Shown here in pieces: positions 1-9,300 of a stretch of 64,000 nt of DNA. Position 1 is the stretch's first letter. Every line of letters begins with the position of its first letter. The stretch is taken from positions 1-64,000 of the IMG/VR virus record IMGVR_UViG_3300008255_000111, one strand, 5' to 3'. The notes beneath the pieces were generated by a model, which saw only the letters and a program-made list of their open reading frames with translations, did not search any database and was not told the origin of the DNA. Both the position numbers and the translations under genes were made by a program. The stretch comes from a virus.

Positions 1-304
1 GCGCCATGCGCTTGAGCGCGCGGCGGGCGTTCACAAAGTTGCGATCAAGCTCGCCATGGCCCTCAACTAAGGTCGCAAGCTCATCCCAACGGATGAGAGC
101 GCTAGCGCGGTGGCCGTTTTGACACTCGGTCAAGATGTCATAGAAGCCCAGGTACATTTTGCGCTCAAGCGAGCCGTCTGGCGCACCGTGGCCGAGCTGG
201 ACTAAACGGACTCCCGACATTTGAAGCTCAATCTTAGTGAAGCTGCTCTTGGACAAGACGCAGTGGACACTGTGAAGGCTCTTAGAGATTGCAAGCGTGT
301 TCAT
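1..304 (-). CDS. hypothetical protein (runs off the window edge)
   Basis: ATG at 304, frame open to position 1 (MNTLAISKSLH...); lies downstream of the promoter/leader at 323-437. Confidence 0.7.
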   Translation of the reverse strand, partial: MNTLAISKSLHSVHCVLSKSSFTKIELQMSGVRLVQLGHGAPDGSLERKMYLGFYDILTECQNGHRASALIRWDELATLVEGHGELDRNFVNARRALKRMA

Positions 305-322
305 CTTAAACTCACGGGATGG

Positions 323-437
323 CCGAGCTTCATTTGCTCGGGATGGTTTGGCGTTGAAGCGATCGCCGCTTCGACACAAACAACCTCTCATAAACTAAGG
401 GTAGCGCAAGCGTTTTTCTGACGCCGATGGTGCTTTT
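323..437 (-). promoter_or_regulatory. promoter with GCACCATC box and leader hairpins
   Basis: box 426-437; TTGCGC(404-409)-N16-GAGGTT(382-387); hairpin 356-372; CCGAGC-AAATGAA-GCTCGG 323-341. Confidence 0.7.
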
Positions 438-441
438 TAAA

Positions 442-470
442 CTGCAATCGATTGCTGCAATCGATTGCAG
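442..470. repeat. 16-bp palindrome, overlapping double copy
   Basis: CTGCAATCGATTGCTGCAATCGATTGCAG. Confidence 0.95.
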
Positions 471-1553
471 CTACCAAAGGCGATCGGAGGTAGCGCCGTC
501 CTCAGTCCACTCGCTCGCTTGAACGCGCTGCATCCTCAGCGCCTCAGAGCGCTCAGCGTATGACCCCTTGACCTTCGGCTTAGACTTCTTCGCTGATGAG
601 CGGCGGCCCGTGCTTTCCTTCCAAGACAGCCACGCCCCTCGGCACAGGACATTGATCACGCCGTGGTCCACCCAGCCGAACTCAGCCTCAAGCCATGCCC
701 CATCGCTTTCGCGCTGCTTCTCCACGACATACGCCACATAGGAGAGCACGTCGGGAAGCCCCTCCATCTCAATGACCTTCTCAATCTTCTTAATAGACTG
801 CTCTTTCGGCACCTTCTGCGCGCTCTGGCTCAAAAGGGCATATACCTGAAGCAGCTTGCTCACCTCGGCGCTTACTGGTGCCTGGGCTTTAGAGCGCAGT
901 CGATCTCGACCTCGCTGCTTCACACCCTGAGAACTAGACGTGTCATCAGGGGGCTCAATGGAGCCGAGCGGCCCTTGACCTGATCGATAGTCACCTGGGC
1001 AGTGACCGTCATCAGGCATTGACTGATCGGCGCCACAGGGATCGGCACCATCACCCTCTAAGCGCTCTGGAGTTGGGCACGAGTCGCCGCAGCTTTTCCC
1101 ATCACAATGACGCCTGATGCGAGAGCTGCGCTTGACGTTGGCGTTGAACTTAAGGTGCGACACATACTCCCAGCGCATCCACATCCCGAGCTGCTTATCC
1201 TTGTCCGCGAAGCACACATTGAACGTCAGGCCTGTCGCGCGGCGCCGTTCAAGATAAAGATCAAAGTGCTCCTGCTGGATCGGAAGGCGAACGATCAGGT
1301 TGGTCATCCGGCCATGCTCGCTTGTCGAGCGAGCTTCGCAGGAGATGACCCCCAATTCCTCCAGCTTCTTAATCGCGCTCTGGCGCTGAAACTTGCTAAG
1401 GTGAAGCAACTGCTCGATCTTGAGCGACGACAAGGTGCAATAACCTCGGCGCCAGCACATCTGGTTGATCAAAGAGAGCAGAGCCACCGCAGGGTAGTAT
1501 TGGTGAAGATCAGCGATGACGCAGACATCAAAGTCGGATAACGAGAACAGCAT
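471..1553 (-). CDS. putative replication initiator / replisome-organiser-like winged-helix protein
   Basis: N-terminal AVALLSLI...IEQLLHLSKFQRQSAIKKLEELGVI wHTH pattern, low-complexity linker, helical C-terminal domain. Confidence 0.55.
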   Translation of the reverse strand: MLFSLSDFDVCVIADLHQYYPAVALLSLINQMCWRRGYCTLSSLKIEQLLHLSKFQRQSAIKKLEELGVISCEARSTSEHGRMTNLIVRLPIQQEHFDLYLERRRATGLTFNVCFADKDKQLGMWMRWEYVSHLKFNANVKRSSRIRRHCDGKSCGDSCPTPERLEGDGADPCGADQSMPDDGHCPGDYRSGQGPLGSIEPPDDTSSSQGVKQRGRDRLRSKAQAPVSAEVSKLLQVYALLSQSAQKVPKEQSIKKIEKVIEMEGLPDVLSYVAYVVEKQRESDGAWLEAEFGWVDHGVINVLCRGAWLSWKESTGRRSSAKKSKPKVKGSYAERSEALRMQRVQASEWTEDGATSDRLW

Positions 1554-1892
1554 AAGAAGACCCTATTTGGATTTTCTAGCCGCTCTACCATTGACGAATC
1601 AAAGCGTATCATGAATGATGCTTTTACTGTTTCTTGGTAGGACAGCCAGTACGTTAAGTGCATTAAGAGAGCCTGGGCTAGCGACCCAGGCTCTCTCTTT
1701 TCTTGGTGAGTTGACACTACTCCCGTTTGGCACATCTTGGCAAGGCGTTACTCCCCCTGTTTAGCTCCCCCCTGGTTCCAGGCAGCGAGAGCGAAGCGAG
1801 CGCGCCGCAGTAGTAGTCCTTAACTTTCGAGACAAGGAGCGCAGCGACGCAGGCTCGAAAGTTTAAGGCTCTTGCCCCCTGTATGCTTTAAG

Positions 1893-1936
1893 GGCGAGTT
1901 TACTCGCAGGGGGTAGGCGAGTTTACTCGCAGGGGG
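1893..1936. repeat. 21-bp direct repeat x2 with internal palindrome (iteron-like)
   Basis: GGCGAGTTTACTCGCAGGGGG at 1893-1913 and 1916-1936. Confidence 0.85.
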
Positions 1937-1977
1937 GTGATCCCCCGCTCAAGCGCTTGACTAGAGGCCCATAGACG

Positions 1978-2020
1978 CAAAAAGACCCCTGATCGGATTT
2001 TATCGCCCAGGGGTCTTTTG
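1978..2020. terminator. intrinsic terminator, possibly bidirectional
   Basis: AAAAGACCCCTG...CAGGGGTCTTTT directly after the stop of 2028..2603. Confidence 0.7.
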
Positions 2021-2027
2021 TTCAGCG

Positions 2028-2603
2028 CTACTTGTCGTCGTTTTCGCCGTCATCTGATGCCTCACTGATCTCTAAGAGTTGGTTCAGCGGCAGCCCTGGA
2101 TGAGAGCGCGTCAGCTCTCTTGAAGCAGCCCTTTTCCTCACTGTCGCCGCGTCCTCTCCATTGATCATGAGCGTCATTGAAAGATTCAGGTAGTAGTCGC
2201 GCTCACCCCTCACTCGCTCCAGCTCGCGTTGGAGGTCTTCAAACCTAAGCGTCCTTTCATTGAGCGTCTGCTGGAACTGCTCACGCATATCAGCCATACG
2301 CTGCTCAGCGTACTTGTCTACAAGCTCCTGAAGCTCTTGTTCGCGCGTCAGAAGGCGGGAGGCTTTCTTCTCCTCGATCGAGTCGATGTGCTTCCATCGA
2401 TCCTTGAGGCGTCGCCCTTGCTCAAGGAGCAGATCCTTGCCCAACATAGCCAGCGTGGCCAGCACCAGTCCTAGCGCTACTCGCCAGTCCATCAAGTCTG
2501 CTGCTGTAATCATATTGCTTACTTCTGGTGAAGGCACGTTCGACGGCAGCTTTAGCGGCTGCGTCGGCATCGAAGGCGGTATCGTCATCAAGAACTGGAG
2601 CAT
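2028..2603 (-). CDS. membrane-anchored coiled-coil protein (lysis-associated candidate)
   Basis: GGAGGT RBS before ATG 2603; one TM (WRVALGLVLATLAMLG) then a long coiled coil. Confidence 0.6.
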   Translation of the reverse strand: MLQFLMTIPPSMPTQPLKLPSNVPSPEVSNMITAADLMDWRVALGLVLATLAMLGKDLLLEQGRRLKDRWKHIDSIEEKKASRLLTREQELQELVDKYAEQRMADMREQFQQTLNERTLRFEDLQRELERVRGERDYYLNLSMTLMINGEDAATVRKRAASRELTRSHPGLPLNQLLEISEASDDGENDDK

Positions 2604-3078
2604 TTGCACCTCCTTCGGCATAAACTGCGCGTAAGCCGCACATTGTCCCAACAAGCCATACTCCTGTTGCAAAGCCCTGTCCTGCATCGGAGAACGAAAT
2701 GGTGATAAGCAAGCAACACATCGAGCCGATGACATAGGCTATCTTTCTGAACCATACCCAATGACTCGTCCAAGCAAGGATCATCACGCACGAGATGATG
2801 ATCCTGACCAGCCCACCTTCGGGGCCTGAGATGCGAGTCCATCTGATCAACGTCGAGTAAGCGTCCATCCCCGAGGGCGGCCACTGATACATCCCGATGG
2901 TGCCGCTCCAATACAGGATGAGCATTGTGAAGCGCGCTTCATCAGGATCAGCCCTCATAAACTCCTTTGTGCGCTCCCATGCGTGTAAGCCCTGGAGCTT
3001 AGCAAGCAGTTTATCTATTGATTGAGCGGCTTTTGTCTTCATCAGAGCGCGCCAGAGCCTAAAGCGATTCAAGGGCAT
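2422..3078 (-). CDS. multi-pass membrane protein (holin candidate)
   Basis: about 4 hydrophobic segments; AAGGAG RBS; near the endolysin. Confidence 0.55.
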   Translation of the reverse strand: MPLNRFRLWRALMKTKAAQSIDKLLAKLQGLHAWERTKEFMRADPDEARFTMLILYWSGTIGMYQWPPSGMDAYSTLIRWTRISGPEGGLVRIIISCVMILAWTSHWVWFRKIAYVIGSMCCLLITISFSDAGQGFATGVWLVGTMCGLRAVYAEGGANAPVLDDDTAFDADAAAKAAVERAFTRSKQYDYSSRLDGLASSARTGAGHAGYVGQGSAP

Positions 3079-3178
3079 TTTAAAACTCCTTTGAGAGTAG
3101 GGCTGCCCCCGTCAGCCGGAACAACACCTGAAGTATAGTGTGAGCTTGATGGTGCAAAAAAGAACCATAGCCAAGAAA

Positions 3179-3211
3179 CGACAAAGCGAGGCACCATGCC
3201 TCGCTTTGTCG
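3179..3211 (-). terminator. strong hairpin / terminator
   Basis: CGACAAAGCGAGGCA / TGCCTCGCTTTGTCG inverted repeat. Confidence 0.65.
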
Positions 3212-3324
3212 CCTTACCGAACGTGTCTGTTTAGTAGGTGGTCAGCGGCAGACACCTCTATCTGCCTAAGACTGCTTCCAGCTTATTGAAGCAAACCCAA
3301 AGCGTCAAGCCGTCAAGCCACCTA

Positions 3325-3903
3325 TCAGAGCAAAGTCTTGGCCAGACCTTCTCCCACGCCAAGGATGCTCCTCATCGCGGCAGCTCCGCCAAGTGATGCC
3401 TGGAGGCTTGAGAGCTGAGCATCAATGCTCGACTGAAGCGCAAGCTGTTCCGGCTCAGTCAGCACAGGCTCAGCCGCCAAAGCAGCATCGATCAAGTCGG
3501 AGTCGGAAAAGTCTGCCCGCTGAACGTAGCCAAGCGCATTCAAGCAGTCCTGCGCAGTAGGGTAGTAGAGCGTGGTTCCTGCCTTCCACACACGCCAAAA
3601 GCCAATTGTGTTGTCCAAAGCGTCAAGATAAAGCCCTCCCACGAGCGTCGAGCCATCCATGATCGGCGTCACCGTCGAAGGGCTGAGCGTGCCCTTGGCC
3701 GTCGCGCTTAACACGGGCATGAACGATTCACGCGCAGCAACGTTAAGCCACCAGCCGCTCAAAGGAGCGGCTAAGTCGGGCGCAAAGGCGGCCTCGAAGA
3801 TCCCTGCGTTGGGGCGGACACCATAGGAGAGCCCGAAGTTGGCCTTGTTTTGGTTGCCGAGTGAGACGCCAGCAACTAAGTCGTGTGTGAATGCACTGCT
3901 CAT
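3325..3903 (-). CDS. hypothetical protein, probably virion-associated
   Basis: ORF with GAGG RBS before MSSAF; co-oriented with the LamG-like gene. Confidence 0.6.
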   Translation of the reverse strand: MSSAFTHDLVAGVSLGNQNKANFGLSYGVRPNAGIFEAAFAPDLAAPLSGWWLNVAARESFMPVLSATAKGTLSPSTVTPIMDGSTLVGGLYLDALDNTIGFWRVWKAGTTLYYPTAQDCLNALGYVQRADFSDSDLIDAALAAEPVLTEPEQLALQSSIDAQLSSLQASLGGAAAMRSILGVGEGLAKTLL

Positions 3904-3940
3904 GGTGAAACCTCTAATAAAAAGAAGGTAAAGGCAGCTC

Positions 3941-4828
3941 TTAGAACCCTGTGTTCTCAATGAGCCAAGTTTGCACCTGTTGGACCTGTTCGTCGGTCAG
4001 AGCGCCGTTGAACACCCAGAGCGAAGTCATGAGGCCCTGATACGGCGCGATCGTTCCAGCAAGTCTTGATCCGATATAGAAGTTGGCAACCAACTCGCCT
4101 GATGGTGCTCCAGATGTCGAGCGCGCTGTTCTGGCGTCAACACCGTCCACAAAGAAAGTATGGGGATCTGCATCTCCAGGCGTAAATCGCTGGACGGCGT
4201 AGTGCTCGTCACCTTCAACCCACGCCGCGCGCCAATCATCGTTACCTGCAACGTTATCACCAACCGTTGCGCGCTTGAACCTGATAGCAAACTCAACGCG
4301 CGTCGTCTCGACTGCAAGCATCCATGAGCCGGGCGTCGTGCCTGCGTTAGAGCCATGCTCATAAATGAAGCCGAGTTTATTTGCGCTCCTGCCAGCGTAA
4401 AAGACGGTGAGGCCATCAGCGCCAAGAGGCACGCTCGCAACCATGTAGGCATCGTCGGCACCATCGAACTTATATGATGGTGCTATACCAAAGAGCCCGT
4501 TGATCGCGTCAGTGATTCTGGCTCTCTTGTTCTCAACGTCCTGGGTTGCGTGGGCGTTGAGGCTGCCCCAATTGGTTAAGATCGCCAAAGGGTCATCATT
4601 GACAGGCCCTTGGCTGTTCTGCCACTTCGCGGCCACTTCGGCGGGAGCTGAGCCGTCAAAGTCCCAAGGCGCATGGAACGCCAGCACAGGGGAGAAATCC
4701 AGCGGGGTAAACACCTCACCGGGAAGCGGCGGTCCGCTTGGGTCAAGCCTGAGCCCGCTAAAGATCCCTTTTTCAAGAAGATTGAGGGTGAAAAACCCTT
4801 TTTCAACTCCACCTTGCTCGTTCATCAT
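3941..4828 (-). CDS. LamG/concanavalin-A-like beta-sandwich protein (tail appendage candidate)
   Basis: YKFDGADD..., FFVDGVD, FYIGSR...YQGLMTSLWVFNGALTDEQVQQV are typical LamG_3-like motifs. Confidence 0.75.
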   Translation of the reverse strand: MMNEQGGVEKGFFTLNLLEKGIFSGLRLDPSGPPLPGEVFTPLDFSPVLAFHAPWDFDGSAPAEVAAKWQNSQGPVNDDPLAILTNWGSLNAHATQDVENKRARITDAINGLFGIAPSYKFDGADDAYMVASVPLGADGLTVFYAGRSANKLGFIYEHGSNAGTTPGSWMLAVETTRVEFAIRFKRATVGDNVAGNDDWRAAWVEGDEHYAVQRFTPGDADPHTFFVDGVDARTARSTSGAPSGELVANFYIGSRLAGTIAPYQGLMTSLWVFNGALTDEQVQQVQTWLIENTGF

Positions 4829-4834
4829 GCCGCC

Positions 4835-5182
4835 TTATAGCAAGACCACGCAAACAGTCACGGTTTGAGGCGCGGCTGCCCAGAGGTATCGCATCCCACC
4901 ACTACGATTCCAAGGCCCGCTTGGGTACTCGTCTGCTACGAGCTTTGTCGCGCTGATCTTCCTCGATTTATCAGGTCGAGTCGCTGAGTTCGCTTCTGAT
5001 GAGGTGAGAAAGACATCCTGAGTTACAGCGGCGTCTTGCTCGAAGATGAAGACAAGATCCTGCCCTGGCGCCAAGTCGAACGAGTTGCCGTTAGTGTCCA
5101 TGTACTTAGACGGCAGCTCAATCTTTGCGGGGTTCTGGTCGGCTGTGAGCGTCTGCACGCTCAGGACTGTATAAGCCATCAT
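4835..5182 (-). CDS. hypothetical beta-rich protein
   Basis: ORF tightly packed between endolysin and LamG-like genes. Confidence 0.65.
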   Translation of the reverse strand: MMAYTVLSVQTLTADQNPAKIELPSKYMDTNGNSFDLAPGQDLVFIFEQDAAVTQDVFLTSSEANSATRPDKSRKISATKLVADEYPSGPWNRSGGMRYLWAAAPQTVTVCVVLL

Positions 5183-5183
5183 G

Positions 5184-6257
5184 TCACCAAGTGTAATGCA
5201 CCCAAGGCTTTGTCTGTGAAGCGACCTTGAGGCGTCGATTTTTATGACCTGCGCTCAAGATGTTGAGGCAGGTGATGAGATCAGCATCATCACCATACTT
5301 CCGTTTGGCCCTGGCAAGATAGCCCTCAGCGCCTTTTCGGGAGTTGCCCGGTCCAAATTGGACGCACATATCAAACAGCACAGCGATCTCAGTCTGGCTT
5401 GACCAGCCGTACTGGCGCGCGAGTGCGAGCGCTGGGACAAGGTAAAACTCGTTGGCCACGATCCTTTGAGCTTGCTTGAAGCACTCGTGCTCAGCCAGCT
5501 CATCATAGCGCTCATTCCAGGGGCCGCGCCATAGATCGTGACCGTCCACGGGCATGACCCTGTTATTTCGCAGGCCCGGCCCAAGCCCTTTGACTGCCCT
5601 GGTCTTGCCTTCGGCTGAGGTCGTCACATCGATCAGCTCTTTAAACTTTGGCCCCATGATCTGAACAAAGAGGTCTGGATTTTGCTCAAACGCCTCTTTG
5701 TTGTAGAGCCCAAGGCTGCCTGGGCTCTGAGCGAATTGAATCATGCCCTCAGAGCGCCCGATGTGCGTTCCAGCGCGCTCATTCCCATCAGCGTCCCACC
5801 TGGACGCCCAGAACGACTTGTAGACGCCCTTGTTTGCCCGTCTCACCTCAGCTCGCTCGGATGGCTTAAGGAAGGCGCCCGTTTCAGGGTGGCGCTTGGG
5901 CTCATCGAACCAGCCCTCATATTCGGCATCAAGGTTCGATGCGGCGTAGGGGTTGGCGTGTCCCGCTGACTCGACGATGATCGTCGGCTCCATCAGCTCT
6001 TTAAAGCGCAAGGGCTCGATGGCCCGCGTTTCTTTGGTCGGCACTGGAGCGGCGGCGGCGATCGCTGCAAAAGTCTTAGGACCGACCTTGCCGTCAGCCA
6101 AGAGTCCGCGTTCGCGCTGCCAGTCGATCACCTTGCCGATCGTCTCTTTACCCCACAGTCCATCCACCGTCGCGCCCACAGCGCTCTGGATGATTCTGGT
6201 GCTCTCTTTGTCGTGGCGCTCGCGGTTGTAGTTGATCAGCTTTCTCAATTCATCCAT
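5184..6257 (-). CDS. endolysin: N-terminal peptidoglycan-binding domain plus lysozyme/chitosanase-like domain
   Basis: DGLWGKET...WQRERGLLADGKVGPKT (PG_binding_1); GMIQFAQSPGSLG and AVLFDMCVQFGPG lysozyme-fold motifs. Confidence 0.85.
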   Translation of the reverse strand: MDELRKLINYNRERHDKESTRIIQSAVGATVDGLWGKETIGKVIDWQRERGLLADGKVGPKTFAAIAAAAPVPTKETRAIEPLRFKELMEPTIIVESAGHANPYAASNLDAEYEGWFDEPKRHPETGAFLKPSERAEVRRANKGVYKSFWASRWDADGNERAGTHIGRSEGMIQFAQSPGSLGLYNKEAFEQNPDLFVQIMGPKFKELIDVTTSAEGKTRAVKGLGPGLRNNRVMPVDGHDLWRGPWNERYDELAEHECFKQAQRIVANEFYLVPALALARQYGWSSQTEIAVLFDMCVQFGPGNSRKGAEGYLARAKRKYGDDADLITCLNILSAGHKNRRLKVASQTKPWVHYTW

Positions 6258-6329
6258 GACGCTCTCCTAAGTTGCATGAGGGGTTCTGGAGGTGTCACGA
6301 GTATAAGGCAAGAGGCTGCCAAAACAAAA

Positions 6330-6359
6330 AGGAGCGCTGCAATCGATTGCAGCGCTCCT
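6330..6359. repeat. 16-bp palindrome with extended arms (terminator-like on minus strand)
   Basis: AGGAGCG-CTGCAATCGATTGCAG-CGCTCCT followed by a U-tract on the minus strand. Confidence 0.95.
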
Positions 6360-6386
6360 ACATGAACAATAGGGAGGATTGAAGTC

Positions 6387-9300
6387 TTAGTCGTCGTTAA
6401 GCAGGCCCATCGCCGCCGCGACACCATCCTCGATCTGGACAAGGAGCAGATCAAGCGATGAGTCCTTGTGGAGCTTGGCGAAGCTGGTCAGATCGACTTT
6501 GCCCTTACCAATGCTCTTGGCCATGTCTCCAAGGTCGCGCGAGGCGGTCACGATCGACGACTTCACGATCTTGTTCTTGGTCACGATCAAGTTCTTGGCG
6601 CCCGACTTGGTGGAGGTCATCGCCACCGTCTTCATGCTCGTGCTCGTGTCGCTGCTTGGCGTGGCCTTAAGCGCGGGCGGGGTGGAGGTCTGGTTGTAGT
6701 CGGTAAGGAAGTTGCGCATCAGCGCAACGGCCCCATGATCGACGATTGCCTGCGCGGGCTCGTAAACCGTCATCCTTAACGTCACCTCAGCGATGTCGCC
6801 AGCATTCTCATGAGCGTTCGTCGAGACAAAGCTGGTCGCCCTCGGGAACAGCGCGTTAAGCCTGAGCTTAAAGTCGTTCTTGAACTTGTAGTTGTTATTG
6901 TCGCTGTGAACTGAGAGCCGACCTGTCAACTCAATCAGACCATCGCTTGTCACATAGGTGGTGAGCGTGTTGACATAGCCGTGGGGCGAAAGAGCTGCGT
7001 CAAGATCCTTGCGCACATTCTGCTCGATCGCAGCGGCGTACTCATTCTTCGACATCGATGGCGTGACTGGTGCGATCGACGTGTCCCCAGCCTCGTCTGG
7101 GTTATAGGTGACTTGCATCATCACGTCACGGCGCATGATCCTGAAGTAGTCCTTCGCGTGGGGGATGCCTTTCTCACTAAGAAAGACGTTCTCAGCACCT
7201 GTTCCAACGTCCATCACAACGTGGAACATGATGCTCAACGACTTATAGGTGCCGTCTGCGTTGAGCACCTTGTCAGGCACCATGCTGTCCACGCCAACAG
7301 TAATGACGAGGCGCTGAGTGAAAGCCTCGATGGCATCCTTCAACTTGCGCTCGTCAAACTTGGCCGAAGCAAGGCGAACTGAGTCGTTAAACTCATCGTA
7401 CTCACGATCGAGCTGGAGGTCTTCGCCCAGCTCAAAGACCAAGCGGTAAGACATCTCAGCCTTGGGGCCTTGCCACGCCTTGCCAGAGACGACAGTCTCG
7501 ATGCGTGTCACAACATCGCTGCTTGCCCCTTCGCCAACGCTCCTGAGCGCCCGCTCAAAGCCCTCGATGTCCTCGTCGGTGACAAAGAGCACATCTTCCT
7601 CCCCATCCTCCTCCTCGTCCTCCCAGGGGTCGTCATAGCCGACTGGAGGCGTGCCACCATAGCCAGGGTACGGCTTGGCTGGATCAAAGTCGCCGTCGTC
7701 ATCACGACGATTACTGCTATTGCTCCAGCGGTCCTCGTTGTCGCTTGGGTCTTCCATCGTGAAGGGCACGGGAGAGCCCGTGATCTTATCGAAGTTCTCG
7801 GGGTTCACGATGACGTTGAGATAGCCCTTCTCATCCACATAGATGTCAACATCGTTGGCTTGAGCGCTCAAGCCAATCTCAGCGAGGCTCCTTGCGGCTT
7901 TGTAGTAGAGAGGATCGGCAAAGTCCTCATTCCACGCATCCTCATCCCAGCCGTCGCCGTCGTTACCATAGTGATCAAGGCGCTCTCGGTTATCCGGGTC
8001 GATCTCGACGTAGATGTTGCCCTTTCCATCGATCTCGTCAGTCCTCACATCGCCAAGCCAGCGCACAGCCTTTTTGACGGTGTAGATGAGATCGTCAAGA
8101 TCGTACTGACCAGCGCTTGAAGCAGACTGAGGTGTCGGTGCATTGGTGCCACGAGCAAACATCGCCGCCAGTTGATCGTAGGCCATAGAGTTGATTGAGA
8201 TGGAGATGCGCCCATCGTCAGAGATGTCAGCCTCATATCGATAGGCATCGATGTTGAGCGTTTTCTCGATGTAGTTCTCCACCTTTGCCTGAAGCGGCAA
8301 GGCATAGTCTTCGTTCCAGCTATCCCAATCATCATCGCCGTCCCAAGACGCCACGCGGTTTGGCGGCTTGATCTCAAAGTAGATATAGCCCCCATCTTGC
8401 GGGACGCCGCCGCTCTTAACCTTGGCGTCAACGATCTTAGTCTCCGAGACCGAGCCCAGAGCGCTAAGGTGACTGGCTAAGGCAGATTGGAGCGCCTTCA
8501 CATCAACATCGGCACTATATGGCGCGCTACTTCCAGTCCTGACTGATGGTGAGGGAGTCACCTGAGAGGCACTTGAAGGCTCAGGAGTTGCAAACACAGG
8601 GCGCGAAGCTGTGGCGGGGGAGTCGAACACTTGGCCCTTCACGTCAATGATGTTGAGCGGGATGCTCGGGTCTGTGCTGAACTGAGCAAACGCCTTCTGC
8701 GTCTTCTCAGCGGCGCCATCCTTGGGGTTGAAGTCTTCAAGGTCAGACTGGCGCTGGAAGGTGATCTCCACGCGATAGGACATGCCGTTGAGGCCAAGGC
8801 CCATATCATCAGCCATAACACGGATGCCATTCATATCCATGTTGGGGTCCGTGCTGATGTAAGCCATGATCAACTGAGCGGCGAAGCTACGCCAATCCTG
8901 CATACGGCGGTCCATCCCATCCGCGAAGTCCCACTCATCGTCTTGGTCGATGTCTTGCCAGTTCTCGGGCTCGATGCGCAGCTCACCATCGACTGTGATC
9001 TCAAAGAGGCCGTTCTCTTTGTTGAGATCAAAGCGGGGCTTGCCGTTGGCGTTCAGGATCTTGTTCAAGAAGCCAAACTTCGTCTCAGCAAGACGCTCGT
9101 TTGTGACACCTGTTGACATCGTAGTTGCTCCATTGGAAGGGGCTCTAGGTGGTTGGGGTGGGGCTGCGTCAGCAGCGGGCTCAGGTGCAGACGCAGGCTT
9201 ATTGGTGGACGGCAGCGGGTTGAACTTGCTGTCGGTCACAATCCCAAGGCTGCGCGAGATGCTCGCGGTTTCGCCGGGCGTCAAGATCAACATCGAGATG

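Noticed and set aside
1469-1735. ORF overlapping the start of the Rep-like gene
   Set aside because: No RBS or recognisable motif, and it overlaps the likely regulatory region; not supported as a gene.
3080-3324. tRNA or other known structured RNA in intergenic gaps
   Set aside because: No cloverleaf with T-loop and D-loop consensus was found; only terminator-like hairpins.
6306-6322. Sigma-54 promoter TGGCAGCCTCTTGC before the endolysin
   Set aside because: Spacing is GG-N9-GC rather than the required GG-N10-GC.
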